Position numbers and translations under genes: made by a program. Shown here in pieces: positions 20,468-30,311 of a stretch of DNA of 64,000 bases; within the stretch, counting starts at the first letter, position 1, and the number at the start of each line of letters is the position of its first letter. The notes under the pieces were generated by a model. The model was not told the DNA's origin. It did no database searches and saw only the letters and a list, made by a program, of their open reading frames with translations. This stretch comes from Candidatus Poribacteria bacterium (GTDB taxonomy: Bacteria; Poribacteria; WGA-4E; WGA-3G): assembly GCA_965202725.1 (NCBI GenBank), contig OZ241845.1, positions 665,437 through 729,436 of the forward strand. The letters are read 5' to 3'.

Positions 20468-21979
20468 TTAATCTCCTTCTGTAGTCGTCTCCCCTCCTAA
20501 AACCTCATCAACAATCCGTAGTGTTTCCTGTTGCGCGTCGTCAATTTGCGTCTGGCAATTATAGATATTCAGTGCAATCTCATTTAGTTGTTCTTGAAAA
20601 TTATCTATCATTCGCTGCACTTCTGCGGGGGCTGTACCGCCGAGGCTCTGGTTATTCCGAATTGCTAATTCCGCATCCAGAATCTGCTTGATTTCTTCAA
20701 CAGAGATGTCAATCTCTTTCTGTTTCAGGCGTTTGTGTGTAAATTCCCAATCCGAGAAGGTTTTTTCCTGGTGCACGAGTTCTCCGACGAGCCATCCAAC
20801 AATCTCGTGGCACTCCCGAAAACCCATCTGACGCTCTTTGACGAGATAGTTGGCTAACTCCGTCGCCGTTGCGAAGTTTGCATTCGCTAATTCTGCCATA
20901 CGTTCGGTTTTAAAATCCGCTGTCTTGAGGAGTTCTGGGAGCAGCCCCAGACACGCCTTCACAACATCAAACGCCTCCCAAAGTGGGGGTTTATCCTCTT
21001 GGAAATCTCGGTTATAGCCCATCGGCAGCCCCTTGAGATTCGTCAATAGGTCCAGTAAAGCCCCGTAGACGCGCCCCGTGCGCCCCCGTGTGAGTTCTGC
21101 GATATCAGGATTCTTCTTCTGCGGCATGATGGAACTCCCGAAACTATAAGCATCGTCAAGCACTGCCATTCCAAATTCGTAGGTCGTCCAGTAGACGATC
21201 TCCTCGCTAAGCCGTGAAAGATTCGCCATCACGAGGGATAATGCGAAAAGCACCTCGGCGATAAAGTCCCGGCTGCTGATAACATCAAGCGCATGTTCGT
21301 GCGGTGCATCGAAACCAAGCAGCTTTGTTGTCAACACCCTGTCAATAGGGAATGTCGTGCCAGCCAAAGCACATGCCCCCAGGGGATTCATATTGGCAAG
21401 CCGGTATGCAGATTGCAGACGTTTGTGATCTCGAAGGAACATGCTCACGTACGCCGTTCCCCAGAACCCGAGGCTAATCGGTTGGGCGTGTTGCGTATGT
21501 GTATAGCCGGGCATGACGGTATTGATATGCGCCTTGGCTATTTGAAGGAATGCCTCACACAACGTTGAGAGCCCGCGCTGGACATTGAGGATCTCGTCCC
21601 GAATGTAGAGGTGCGCGTCCACAAGTACCTGATCGTTACGGGAACGGGCAGTATGGAGTTTACCGCCGAACTCACGTCCTGCGTTCTCGATCAGATACGA
21701 TTCGACGTTCATGTGAACGTCCTCTTTATTCGGGTCAAGTACAAAGTCACCGTTCTGAAAATCGTCTGCTGCTTTTTGGAGCCAGTGTAAAATTTGGCGT
21801 AGGTCGGCATCGGAGATTATTTTTTGCCGAGCAAGCATAAGCGCGTGGGCTTGGCTTCCCCAGATATCGTATCCAATGAGTCGCTTGTCAGCTTCGATAG
21901 AGTGCGTGAAGGCGATTGTTTCTGTGGTGAGGCTTGTGCTGAAACGTCCACCCCAGAGCGTTTTTTGTTGTTTCCCCAT
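20468..21979 (-). CDS. argH: argininosuccinate lyase (with ~45-aa C-terminal extension)
   Basis: Fumarate-lyase signature GSSIMPQKKNPD. LWGGRFS N-terminus. Confidence 0.9.
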   Translation of the reverse strand: MGKQQKTLWGGRFSTSLTTETIAFTHSIEADKRLIGYDIWGSQAHALMLARQKIISDADLRQILHWLQKAADDFQNGDFVLDPNKEDVHMNVESYLIENAGREFGGKLHTARSRNDQVLVDAHLYIRDEILNVQRGLSTLCEAFLQIAKAHINTVMPGYTHTQHAQPISLGFWGTAYVSMFLRDHKRLQSAYRLANMNPLGACALAGTTFPIDRVLTTKLLGFDAPHEHALDVISSRDFIAEVLFALSLVMANLSRLSEEIVYWTTYEFGMAVLDDAYSFGSSIMPQKKNPDIAELTRGRTGRVYGALLDLLTNLKGLPMGYNRDFQEDKPPLWEAFDVVKACLGLLPELLKTADFKTERMAELANANFATATELANYLVKERQMGFRECHEIVGWLVGELVHQEKTFSDWEFTHKRLKQKEIDISVEEIKQILDAELAIRNNQSLGGTAPAEVQRMIDNFQEQLNEIALNIYNCQTQIDDAQQETLRIVDEVLGGETTTEGD

Positions 21980-22052
21980 ATTCTGTTAGTTTCCCGGTTT
22001 ATCAAGCAATGCAAAAACCGCCGCGCCTTTTTAGAGAATAACACGATTGTTG

Positions 22053-22979
22053 CTACATAACCTCTGGTGGCCGACGTACCGATGTCGGTTGAATAATCTT
22101 GCGTTGCTCAGGTGTTAAACGTGCCAATAAATCGTCTGAATGCGGATAGTCAAAACGTTCACGGACATATCTCGGCGAGTAGCGATAAACAATTGACCGG
22201 CGATACCCTTCGTTCGTCCGTTCTGCTGATCCGTGTGTAATTTTATCAGTGAACATCACGACATCGCCCGCCCTGAGATAGATTTCCTTCGTTCCGAAGG
22301 CAGTCCCCGCAGGTTTACCACTCACACCGTCATAAACCAACCCTTTTCCATTGACCTTCAACCGCGGATGAATCTCCGTACATTTGTGACTCCCCGGCAC
22401 TAACACCGGTGCCCCATCCCCGGGTCCAATATCGTTGAGTGCCATCAGGACGTTAATCTGCCCAACCATCCATTCGCCCGTCTGCTCCTGTCGGAACGTT
22501 AGGTAGCTGAGAGGGACATGCCCGCCACAATGGATATGGATGAAACCGCCAGGGCCGCGGACGTTCAAGAAATTCTCGTGAATAGAGAGTCCGTTGACTT
22601 CATGAACGTATTTCTGCACAAGACCGATCCACGCCGGATGGTCGATTAACTTCTCGAAAACCGCGCCACCTTCAATGATATTCTGGAAATTCACGCCGTT
22701 TTCGATGTTGTAGGTATGCGTTTCGATATTCCCGATCCAGCGCGGGCTCCGTTTATTCTCAGCGTTTTCTGCCCAAGGTGCTTCAACGTACTCCCAGTGT
22801 GCGTCAATCCATGCGTTCATCTCCGCCAGATCTTTTTCTGAGATTGCATTCTCTAAGACCAGATAACCTTGTAAGTCGAATAGATAATCTTGTAACGCTT
22901 GATCCATGTCCTTCTCCATAGTTAGTAACCGCTGTTTCCATTGCCCCGACAGAACAACGCCGCAACTACAGATAGGCAT
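22053..22979 (-). CDS. phytanoyl-CoA dioxygenase (PhyH) family Fe(II)/2OG oxygenase
   Basis: DLQGYLVLENAIS N-terminus. HCGGH and later H in the PhyH arrangement. The likely true start is the internal Met MEKDMD at 22918. Confidence 0.6.
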   Translation of the reverse strand: MPICSCGVVLSGQWKQRLLTMEKDMDQALQDYLFDLQGYLVLENAISEKDLAEMNAWIDAHWEYVEAPWAENAENKRSPRWIGNIETHTYNIENGVNFQNIIEGGAVFEKLIDHPAWIGLVQKYVHEVNGLSIHENFLNVRGPGGFIHIHCGGHVPLSYLTFRQEQTGEWMVGQINVLMALNDIGPGDGAPVLVPGSHKCTEIHPRLKVNGKGLVYDGVSGKPAGTAFGTKEIYLRAGDVVMFTDKITHGSAERTNEGYRRSIVYRYSPRYVRERFDYPHSDDLLARLTPEQRKIIQPTSVRRPPEVM

Positions 22980-23769
22980 CCAACTCAGCTGCAGTTGGTG
23001 TCCGGGTAGAGATACCGCCTTCGGGGACTTCTACCTTTGCTGTCCAAGCAATCCCATTGAGGACGAGCATACGAAATTGATCATTTCCCCAATTCCGATG
23101 GTAATGCCCCCCGGTAAATCCGAAGCCCCGCCCCCCATCTGGACGCTCCACACACCACCCTAAATGCTGTGGTTCACCGTTTGCTACGGAGGCCCGGACG
23201 TGTGGATTTCCGCTGTGTGGTCCATCGGGCCTCTCAAGTGTGGATTCGGGGGCAATTGTACTCAATACCGGTGTAACACCTTTCATATTATCACGAAACC
23301 GCATGTGATAATACCATTCGTCCTCCAATGCAAACGGCTGCATCCCCCGCGTTATCGGGTGTTCAGGGAACTCCGTAAACGTCGCTGTCCAATGCGGGTT
23401 CACCGAAAGTCCGGGTTCAAAGTAGCCACCGATCCAGTCTAAGAAACAATCGCCCGGTTTACCCGTTGGGACCTCGACAGCAAAGTGCAACATCGCAAGT
23501 CCTATGCCCTGTGCCATCAACTTACCAATTTGATCCAGATGCGGAATGCCGAGATGTTTTTCACCCCCTCCTGAATAAACAATAATAGCATCTGTATCAA
23601 CGAAAGTCGCAGCATCTTCGGGCCAACCGTGAGAGACCACTGCTTCTACGCCGTCCACTTTTTTGTTTAACTGCTCAGCGAGGAAGGCACACCCGGCGGG
23701 ATGCTCATGCGCCCCACTGCCATGACTCGCGTTCCCTGCCACCAGAACAATTCTATATTTTTTTGACAT
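22966..23769 (-). CDS. ThuA-like (trehalose-utilisation family, class I glutamine-amidotransferase-like) protein
   Basis: EHPITRG, DEWYY, and GGRGFGFTGGH motifs match the ThuA pattern. Paralog of 50000..50635. Confidence 0.55.
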   Translation of the reverse strand: MSKKYRIVLVAGNASHGSGAHEHPAGCAFLAEQLNKKVDGVEAVVSHGWPEDAATFVDTDAIIVYSGGGEKHLGIPHLDQIGKLMAQGIGLAMLHFAVEVPTGKPGDCFLDWIGGYFEPGLSVNPHWTATFTEFPEHPITRGMQPFALEDEWYYHMRFRDNMKGVTPVLSTIAPESTLERPDGPHSGNPHVRASVANGEPQHLGWCVERPDGGRGFGFTGGHYHRNWGNDQFRMLVLNGIAWTAKVEVPEGGISTRTPTAAELDAYL

Positions 23770-23941
23770 ATTTTTAACGCTCCATTTTTGGAATATCTAT
23801 TCAGTTTATCACATTCTGTGTTGTTTTGGCAATATTTTACTGAAGATTGAATCGCTCTGGATGCAAAAAAAGAAAATATTGACAAGTTGAAAAAGAAAGA
23901 TTAAAATAGAGGGAAATGCAATACACAGCAGGAGCGACGCA

Positions 23942-24799
23942 ATGGAGAGATTCCCAATTGTTGACACACACGTTCACCTATGGCACCCGGGGCAGTTGAG
24001 ATACCCATGGCTTTCGGAAGTGCCAGCCCTAAATAGACCGTATCTCCTAAAAGATTACATTACCGCTTATGGTGAATTAGACATCGAATCTATCGTTTTT
24101 GTCCAATGCGATACACACCCCGACGACGGCTTGAAAGAGACTGCGTGGGTGACTTCTCTCGCGACAACAGTAGAGCCTCGGATTCAAGGCATTGTCGCTT
24201 GGGCTCCGCTCGAAGAGGGGGAACGGGTTGCCCCCTTCGTCGAAAAACTATCTGAGAACCGGCTTGTTAAAGGGATCCGTAGACTCATCCAAACTGAAAG
24301 CGTCGATTTCTGTGTCCACCCCGACTTCGTAAGCGGCGTTAAAGTGCTTTCCCGCTACGGATTGAGCTTTGACCTCTGTATCTTCCATCCGCAACTCGCC
24401 AACGCGATACGACTCGTGGAACAATGTCCATACGTTCAATTCATCTTGGACCATATCGGCAAACCCGACATCAAGAACCAACTTTTCGATCCTTGGAAAC
24501 AGGAGATCCAGACGCTTGCTAGGTTTCCGAACGTCCATTGCAAAATTTCTGGATTGGTAACGGCAGCCGACTTGGCCTCGTGGACACCGGCCGATCTACA
24601 ACCGTATATTGAGCATGTGATTCATTGCTTCGGTTTTGATCGTGTTATATATGGAAGCGATTGGCCCGTCTCGACACAAGCAAGCGATTATTCGCGATGG
24701 GTACGGACTTTACAAGAAGCGGTCTCAGGCTACTCACCTGAAGAGATACGGAACCTCTTTCGCGACAACGCGATTAGGTTTTATAGGCTGGATTCGTAG
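23942..24799 (+). CDS. amidohydrolase-2 family metal-dependent TIM-barrel hydrolase
   Basis: IVDTHVHLW N-terminal metal-binding motif. HIG and YGSDWP C-terminal motifs. Confidence 0.75.
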   Translation: MERFPIVDTHVHLWHPGQLRYPWLSEVPALNRPYLLKDYITAYGELDIESIVFVQCDTHPDDGLKETAWVTSLATTVEPRIQGIVAWAPLEEGERVAPFVEKLSENRLVKGIRRLIQTESVDFCVHPDFVSGVKVLSRYGLSFDLCIFHPQLANAIRLVEQCPYVQFILDHIGKPDIKNQLFDPWKQEIQTLARFPNVHCKISGLVTAADLASWTPADLQPYIEHVIHCFGFDRVIYGSDWPVSTQASDYSRWVRTLQEAVSGYSPEEIRNLFRDNAIRFYRLDS

Positions 24800-24874
24800 C
24801 GTAGGCAACCTAACCCGTACGAGAAGACGGTATGGAGATAGGTAAAAAAACATAGACATTCTCCCTCCCCCCTG

Positions 24875-25013
24875 CCCCCCGCAAGCAACGGGGGGTATAA
24901 CGCCCTTTAGGCTGTATTTGTAGCATGGTTTCCTGTTAGGTTGTGCTTTAAGTTGTAGCATAGTTTCCTGTTAGGGTGTCAGTTCATCCCCCCTGCCCCC
25001 CGCAAGCAAGGGG
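24875..25013. repeat. intergenic repeat cluster: two GC-hairpin elements (CCCCCCG-CAAGCAA-CGGGGGG) flanking two copies of a TGTAGCATrGTTTCCTGTTAGG unit, between convergent genes
   Basis: Hairpins at 24875-24895 and about 24996-25013. Repeat units at 24919-24945 and 24955-24980. Same families recur at 30.3-30.9 kb, 45.5 kb and 52.9 kb. Confidence 0.6.
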
Positions 25014-25153
25014 GTAGCCTACTGCGGGTTAAACAATAAGGGCGGTGTATGCATCATACACCGCCTTTATTGTGGTTAGTAGGTTAGTTCAAATAGGCTG
25101 TATCCCTGAAATAACCCGTTCATGTAGCGACACTTGCGCGTCTCTACAAAATT

Positions 25154-28100
25154 TTAGTTTCGCGTTTTCAGATCGCCCCACGTCGTCGTGAGCTTTCCAG
25201 CAGCGTTGACGTTGCCCCGAAGATGCGTGGTGCGCGTGCCATCTAAGGAAACGTCTTCTATCTGGTAATAATAGACGACGTTGGGTTTCGCAGAGGTGTC
25301 CGTCCACGTATAGGCGTGCTTTTCAGCCGTCGTGCCGTGTCCGGGGATGATGCCTTTGCCGTTGACGACTGTGAACTCGCCGGTCTTTGTTTCACTGCGC
25401 AGTATATTGAAACCTGCGTTGTTCAGTTCAGACTCGGTGGTCCAACGGATGACGACTTCGCCGGTGGCTGTGTCTCGTGCTGGGCGGAAGCTTGCCAGGG
25501 AGACGGGCAGGGGTCCCCCGCCGTGATGCCCTGGTGTGCCGACATCGTTTCTATCGCCATAATAGGTTGTTTCGCTATAGCCTTGTGCGGAACGCCCCGT
25601 ATTCTCTGCGGAGATCCATCCGCTCTGCATCATGCCATCCTCAGCCATGTCACCCTCGTATCTACGTATCATAGACGCGCGATGCCCATCGCTGTTGATA
25701 CTCATCGGCAGGGCCCACTCGGGGGCATCGTTTGTGCGGCGATTCCCGTCGGTGTTGCCGACTTCGTCAACGAGTTTCTTATCCTTGTCCGTGAGTTTCA
25801 GATAAAAACCTGTAGGGCTCAAGACGGTATCGGTGCGCTCTTCCATATCCAGAGCGGTGCGATGCGATGTCCAGAGGTCTATCGTGCGGGTCTCTGGGAA
25901 ATGGTCTCTGCCCGAGTTAGAACCACTGGTGGCAACAATCAATACCGTCTGATTCGGTGCGATAGTGACGGAGCCCAGTGTGATCGTGGCATTCTGACGG
26001 GCATCTAAGTTCTCATCGCGTGCGTTCTGTATCTCCAGTTGCCAGCCGTTCAGGTTCACGCCCTGGGTCAGTGAAGAATTGTAAAGTTCTATCCACTGCG
26101 GCAGCGAACGTCTACCGGAACCCGCACTAAACATGATCTCAGAGATAGCGACCTCTGCATCAGAGAGATCCGCGACTTTCTCTTTGAGGGCATCGTTAGC
26201 ATAGCCGGGGGTGCCTCCGTTTTCATCGGTGTTGGCAGCCGTGCGGTCATAGCCGATGCCCGTGAAACCCACTTTCGCCCAGTGCTTCTCACCTATACCC
26301 GTGTTCTTACCATTCCGTTTATAGACGAGACCCGCACGGAAGTCCTCATCGGCACCATCAATCACGTTGCCGTGCCCCGCAGCCCATAACTGAAGGGGCC
26401 AGACCTCTGTGTCAAAGGGACCATCCTTTTTCTCAGCGAAATAGGTGCCGCCATGATCAACAATGTGCGTTGACTTGCCCTCTTTGTCATTCGCACTGCG
26501 AAGGATCAGGTTATATTTGCCACTATTGGGTAAAACCAGCTTGCTATCTATGTAATACAAGGATTGCACACCGCGTTTGACCCGATCCGCAGCAGCTTTG
26601 TTAATCGCAACGCCCGCAGCCAGATCATTCCCCGAAGCCGTCGGATCCGAGTTGGAAATCAACAAAATACCCCCCGCAGCGAGTTTCACCTTATCGTTAT
26701 CCGGGAACGAGACCAACTCCGTCTCTTTCGCAACACCATCCACCGACATCACGAGAGTCAGCTCCCACTTCCTGAGGTTCATCTCACCCGTCGAGATGTT
26801 CTTGAGTTCAACCCAATCGTTAGCATCGCTGCTGCTATTGCCTATCTCATTGATTAGCACCTCTTGCGATGGCACCGTCGGGTCTGGTCGAGCTGCCACA
26901 GGATACGTACCAGGCGTCCCAAGACGATTCCCAGACAGATTCCGGCTCGGTCTCCCAGAAGCAACCCAAGTACCCGAACGCTCCGGATCCCCATCATCTT
27001 TCGCATGATCCGCATGCCCGGTATTCGCTGTGTTGAACTGCTTCAGCTTCCGATACATAGACACAAGGTCCACTACATTAGCAGCAGTCGTCGCTTCAGA
27101 GCGACCCCCCTTGCTCGGGATAGCCCAGAAACCCGGATTACCCATATTACTCACAAGATCCACACGACCCGCTGCTGACGAAGAAACCCCAGCTGGCTCC
27201 GGAACACCCCCTTGCGTAAAGTCAAGCATCCAACGCGACCCGTCAAAGATAATGTCCGCACCCGTCTTGTTGTAGACTTCAATCCACTGGCTATACTTAG
27301 AACGACCCCCTAAAGTAGCATCCTTGGCAGCCATGATCTCCGTGATCTTCAAATCACCCACTGCCGCACCCGCAGGCCCCTTAACGATAATCGTGCCACC
27401 ATTCAGGAAGAAATCCTGGAGATCCGGCATATTCGAAACGGGGATGGCCTTGGACATTACACGACTATCAATACCCGTGTCGCTTGCCATCGCACCCGGA
27501 TGCACAAGAACCCCAAAACCTTTGCTTAGAATCCTGTTAGGAGGAGTAGGCTCAACAGTGATAGTGAACGTCTTGGAGTCCCTACCAGCTGTGTTCGTGG
27601 CACCGTAGGTAAAAGTCGCCGACATCGCAGCAGCGGGAGTCCCACTCAGCAGCCGAGTCCCTGCATTAAACGTCAGACCATTCCAAGCGGCCGGGCTCAG
27701 TGAGTAAGTCACGCCAGTCCCCGATGTTGCCATCGGCAATGGTTCGCTCACTGCCATACCCACAGTGTAGGTCTTAGCTGGAACATCTGGTAACACAGGA
27801 GCACCGGGTCTGGGATTGACAGTGATAGTGAATGTCTCGGGGTCACTACCAGCTGTGTTCGTGGCAGTGTAGGTAAAAGTAGTTGCCGACATCGCAGCAG
27901 CGGGAGTGCCACTCAGCATCCGAGTCGTCGCATTAAACGTCAGACCATTCCAAGAGGCGGGTGTCAGCGTGTAAGTCACGCCAGTCCCCGTTGCCATCGG
28001 CAATGTTTCACTCACTGCCGTCCCCGCAGTGTAGGTCTTATTTCCAACTGCTGGTAACACGGGAGCACCTTCTCTAGGATTGACAGTGAGAGTGAACGTC

Positions 28101-30199
28101 AGCATAGCACTACCCGCGTTGTTTGTGGCAGTGTAGGTAAAAGTAGTTGCTGCCATTGCTGTTGTGGGGGTGCCACTCAGCAGCCGAGTCCCCGCAGTAA
28201 ACGCAAGACCCGCAGGTAAGGCAGGGGTTAGGCTGTAGGTGATACCCCTGCCAGTTGCCATCGGAAGTTCTATAGCCCGCATTGCTACACCTACAGTCAA
28301 CATCTGATTGGCAATCACCGTACCAGCAGCAAACGTAGGTGCCGGCACAGTGCCAACAGTGAGAGTGAACGTCTCGGTGTCCCTACCCGCACTGTTCTCC
28401 GCAGTGTAGGTAAAAGTAGTCGCCGACATCGCAGCAGCGGGAGTCCCACTCAGCACCCGAGTCGTCGCATTAAACGCAAGACCATTCCAAGAAGCTGGTG
28501 TCAGCGTGTAAGTCACGCCAGTCCCCGTTGCCATCGGCAATGTTTCGCTCACTGCCGTCCCCGCAGTGTAGGTCTTATTTCCAACTGCTGGTAACACGGG
28601 AGCACCTTCTCTAGGATTGACAGTGAGAGTGAACGTCAGCATAGCACTACCGCTGCTGTTCGTGGCAGTGTAAGTATAAGTAGTTTCTGTCATTTCAGTT
28701 GTGGGGGTGCCACTCAGCAGCCGAGTCCCTGCAGTAAACGTCAGCCCCGCAGGTAAGGCAGGGGTTAGGCTGTAGGTGATACCCGCACCGCTCGCCACCG
28801 GAAGTTCTATAGCCGGCATTGCCACACCTACAGTCAACATCTGATTGGCAATACTCGCATCACCAAACGTAGGCTGCGTCCGCGTCGGCGTTGCTTTCAC
28901 GGGTTCAGAAGGCTCGCCTGCCAACTTCTCAAGGGTCGCCTTCAGACGAATACGCACTGTGATCTCCGTGCCATTCACACCCATTATCGCTAACGGATAT
29001 ACCGACACTGCCAGCCAATCATCAGCATCCTTTTTATATTCATACAGGGACACATTGCCCGACGTGCCATCCGTCCAAGTCACCGTTATCCGACCATCAC
29101 CCGCAACCGCCGCAACACCCACAGGGGCAACTTGCGACTCTTTGGGAACCGGCGTCCCAGACACAGCTGCAGAGGGCGTGCCCGCAGGCGTCGCACGGAT
29201 ACGCACGGAGATGGGGATGCCAGCAGCCCCACGGATGACCAACGGATAGACCGACACAGCCACCCAATTCACGCCACCATCGGTGCTATACTCATACCCC
29301 GTAGCCGAACCGCCCGTCCAAGACACCGTTATCTTCCCTGGCCCAGGTTCCACAACAACGCCCGTCGGCATATCGCTGCTAGTGTCGCCACCAGTGTCGC
29401 CACCAGTGTCGCCATTGCCATCGCCGTCAGTGTCGCCATTGCCATTGCCATCGCCGTCATCGCCGCCGTCAGTATCAATCGGGTCCGGTATAGTTGGCGG
29501 TGACGTACCGTCCGCGTTCTGTATAATTAGAAGAAAGGATACCTGGTTATCATAAGCTCTCGATAGGCCACCGTTATCAAGCGCAGTATAGGTAAAGTAA
29601 AAGTAGCCTGCTTCAGTAGGGGTGCCAGCAAGCGTCTGAGTCGAGGCTGTGAATGTTAAGCCGGCGGGAAGGGCCCGAGTAGGGATGCCGGAAGAGTAAA
29701 GACTTGCCGTCAGCGTATACGTCGTCGTATCGCCGTCCTCTTGCGTTGCCGCTGGCAAAACAAACCTGAACGCCTGCCCTACCCTCCCATCTGGCGGATC
29801 CCGTACCTCGCTACTAAACTCAGGGTAGGAATGCACTTTGATATTAAACGTCGTCGTAATTGAGGTCTCACCCGGTGCCGAGGCAGTGAGTGTATACGCT
29901 GTTGTTGGAAAGCCTGCCGAGACAGTCCCACTGATTTTGGCGTAACCCCCTTCCTTTACAAGGGACAAACCCGTAGGGAGGGCAGGCGCTATCGAGTAAG
30001 TTATCTGACTGTTGTCGGCGGTACCCCAAGCCCGTAACCAAGCCTCGCTGACGACCTGACCTATAGAAAATTCCATATCGGTTCGTGCAATACCAGTCCA
30101 TCCAAAGACAGCGTCTGCGGCAGGTGGCACCAGCAGCAAGGCACATGCAAACAAAACTACTACACTTGCGACAGAAAATCTCGTTTTCTTTGATAACAT
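25154..30199 (-). CDS. giant secreted surface/adhesin-like protein (1681 aa): signal peptide, multiple He_PIG (putative Ig) domains, three lamin-tail-like (LTD) domains, acidic GD-rich linker, C-terminal beta-sandwich module
   Basis: N-terminal signal peptide. Repeated YTLT...PALPAGLTF...GTRLLSGTPT He_PIG units. LTD-like ITEIMAA...WIEVYN, LINEIGN...WVELKN, AISEIMF...WIELYN. C-terminal W-x-T-x-SELNNAGFNILRS...YYYQIEDV module. Confidence 0.8.
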   Translation of the reverse strand: MLSKKTRFSVASVVVLFACALLLVPPAADAVFGWTGIARTDMEFSIGQVVSEAWLRAWGTADNSQITYSIAPALPTGLSLVKEGGYAKISGTVSAGFPTTAYTLTASAPGETSITTTFNIKVHSYPEFSSEVRDPPDGRVGQAFRFVLPAATQEDGDTTTYTLTASLYSSGIPTRALPAGLTFTASTQTLAGTPTEAGYFYFTYTALDNGGLSRAYDNQVSFLLIIQNADGTSPPTIPDPIDTDGGDDGDGNGNGDTDGDGNGDTGGDTGGDTSSDMPTGVVVEPGPGKITVSWTGGSATGYEYSTDGGVNWVAVSVYPLVIRGAAGIPISVRIRATPAGTPSAAVSGTPVPKESQVAPVGVAAVAGDGRITVTWTDGTSGNVSLYEYKKDADDWLAVSVYPLAIMGVNGTEITVRIRLKATLEKLAGEPSEPVKATPTRTQPTFGDASIANQMLTVGVAMPAIELPVASGAGITYSLTPALPAGLTFTAGTRLLSGTPTTEMTETTYTYTATNSSGSAMLTFTLTVNPREGAPVLPAVGNKTYTAGTAVSETLPMATGTGVTYTLTPASWNGLAFNATTRVLSGTPAAAMSATTFTYTAENSAGRDTETFTLTVGTVPAPTFAAGTVIANQMLTVGVAMRAIELPMATGRGITYSLTPALPAGLAFTAGTRLLSGTPTTAMAATTFTYTATNNAGSAMLTFTLTVNPREGAPVLPAVGNKTYTAGTAVSETLPMATGTGVTYTLTPASWNGLTFNATTRMLSGTPAAAMSATTFTYTATNTAGSDPETFTITVNPRPGAPVLPDVPAKTYTVGMAVSEPLPMATSGTGVTYSLSPAAWNGLTFNAGTRLLSGTPAAAMSATFTYGATNTAGRDSKTFTITVEPTPPNRILSKGFGVLVHPGAMASDTGIDSRVMSKAIPVSNMPDLQDFFLNGGTIIVKGPAGAAVGDLKITEIMAAKDATLGGRSKYSQWIEVYNKTGADIIFDGSRWMLDFTQGGVPEPAGVSSSAAGRVDLVSNMGNPGFWAIPSKGGRSEATTAANVVDLVSMYRKLKQFNTANTGHADHAKDDGDPERSGTWVASGRPSRNLSGNRLGTPGTYPVAARPDPTVPSQEVLINEIGNSSSDANDWVELKNISTGEMNLRKWELTLVMSVDGVAKETELVSFPDNDKVKLAAGGILLISNSDPTASGNDLAAGVAINKAAADRVKRGVQSLYYIDSKLVLPNSGKYNLILRSANDKEGKSTHIVDHGGTYFAEKKDGPFDTEVWPLQLWAAGHGNVIDGADEDFRAGLVYKRNGKNTGIGEKHWAKVGFTGIGYDRTAANTDENGGTPGYANDALKEKVADLSDAEVAISEIMFSAGSGRRSLPQWIELYNSSLTQGVNLNGWQLEIQNARDENLDARQNATITLGSVTIAPNQTVLIVATSGSNSGRDHFPETRTIDLWTSHRTALDMEERTDTVLSPTGFYLKLTDKDKKLVDEVGNTDGNRRTNDAPEWALPMSINSDGHRASMIRRYEGDMAEDGMMQSGWISAENTGRSAQGYSETTYYGDRNDVGTPGHHGGGPLPVSLASFRPARDTATGEVVIRWTTESELNNAGFNILRSETKTGEFTVVNGKGIIPGHGTTAEKHAYTWTDTSAKPNVVYYYQIEDVSLDGTRTTHLRGNVNAAGKLTTTWGDLKTRN
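27560..28800 (-). repeat. intragenic near-identical tandem duplication (about 540-bp unit encoding two He_PIG domains, roughly 2.3 copies)
   Basis: Near-identical stretches recur with a 267/538-nt period, e.g. ...cattaaacgtcagaccattccaag at 27938 and its gcaag variant at 28476. Protein repeats are more than 90% identical. Confidence 0.6.
29384..29478 (-). repeat. short in-frame tandem repeat (12-15 nt periodicity) encoding acidic GDG/GNG/GDT linker
   Basis: gtgtcgccaccagtgtcgccaccagtgtcgccattgccatcgccgtcagtgtcgccattgccattgccatcgccgtc encodes ...GDDGDGNGNGDTDGDGNGDTGGDTGGDT... Confidence 0.6.
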
Positions 30200-30311
30200 T
30201 TTTTATTTCCTCCTAAAAGAAACTCTCGTTTCGCTAATATTGTGAGCTGATGGGACTTCCAAAAGCCCTGGTGTATTGTTTTTCAGATTAGGTTTCCGCG
30301 AGTTGCAGGAT

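Noticed and set aside
25154-30199. Diversity-generating retroelement target in the repeated He_PIG segments
   Set aside because: No reverse transcriptase gene or template-repeat/variable-repeat pair with adenine-specific differences. The differences between copies are not A-biased.
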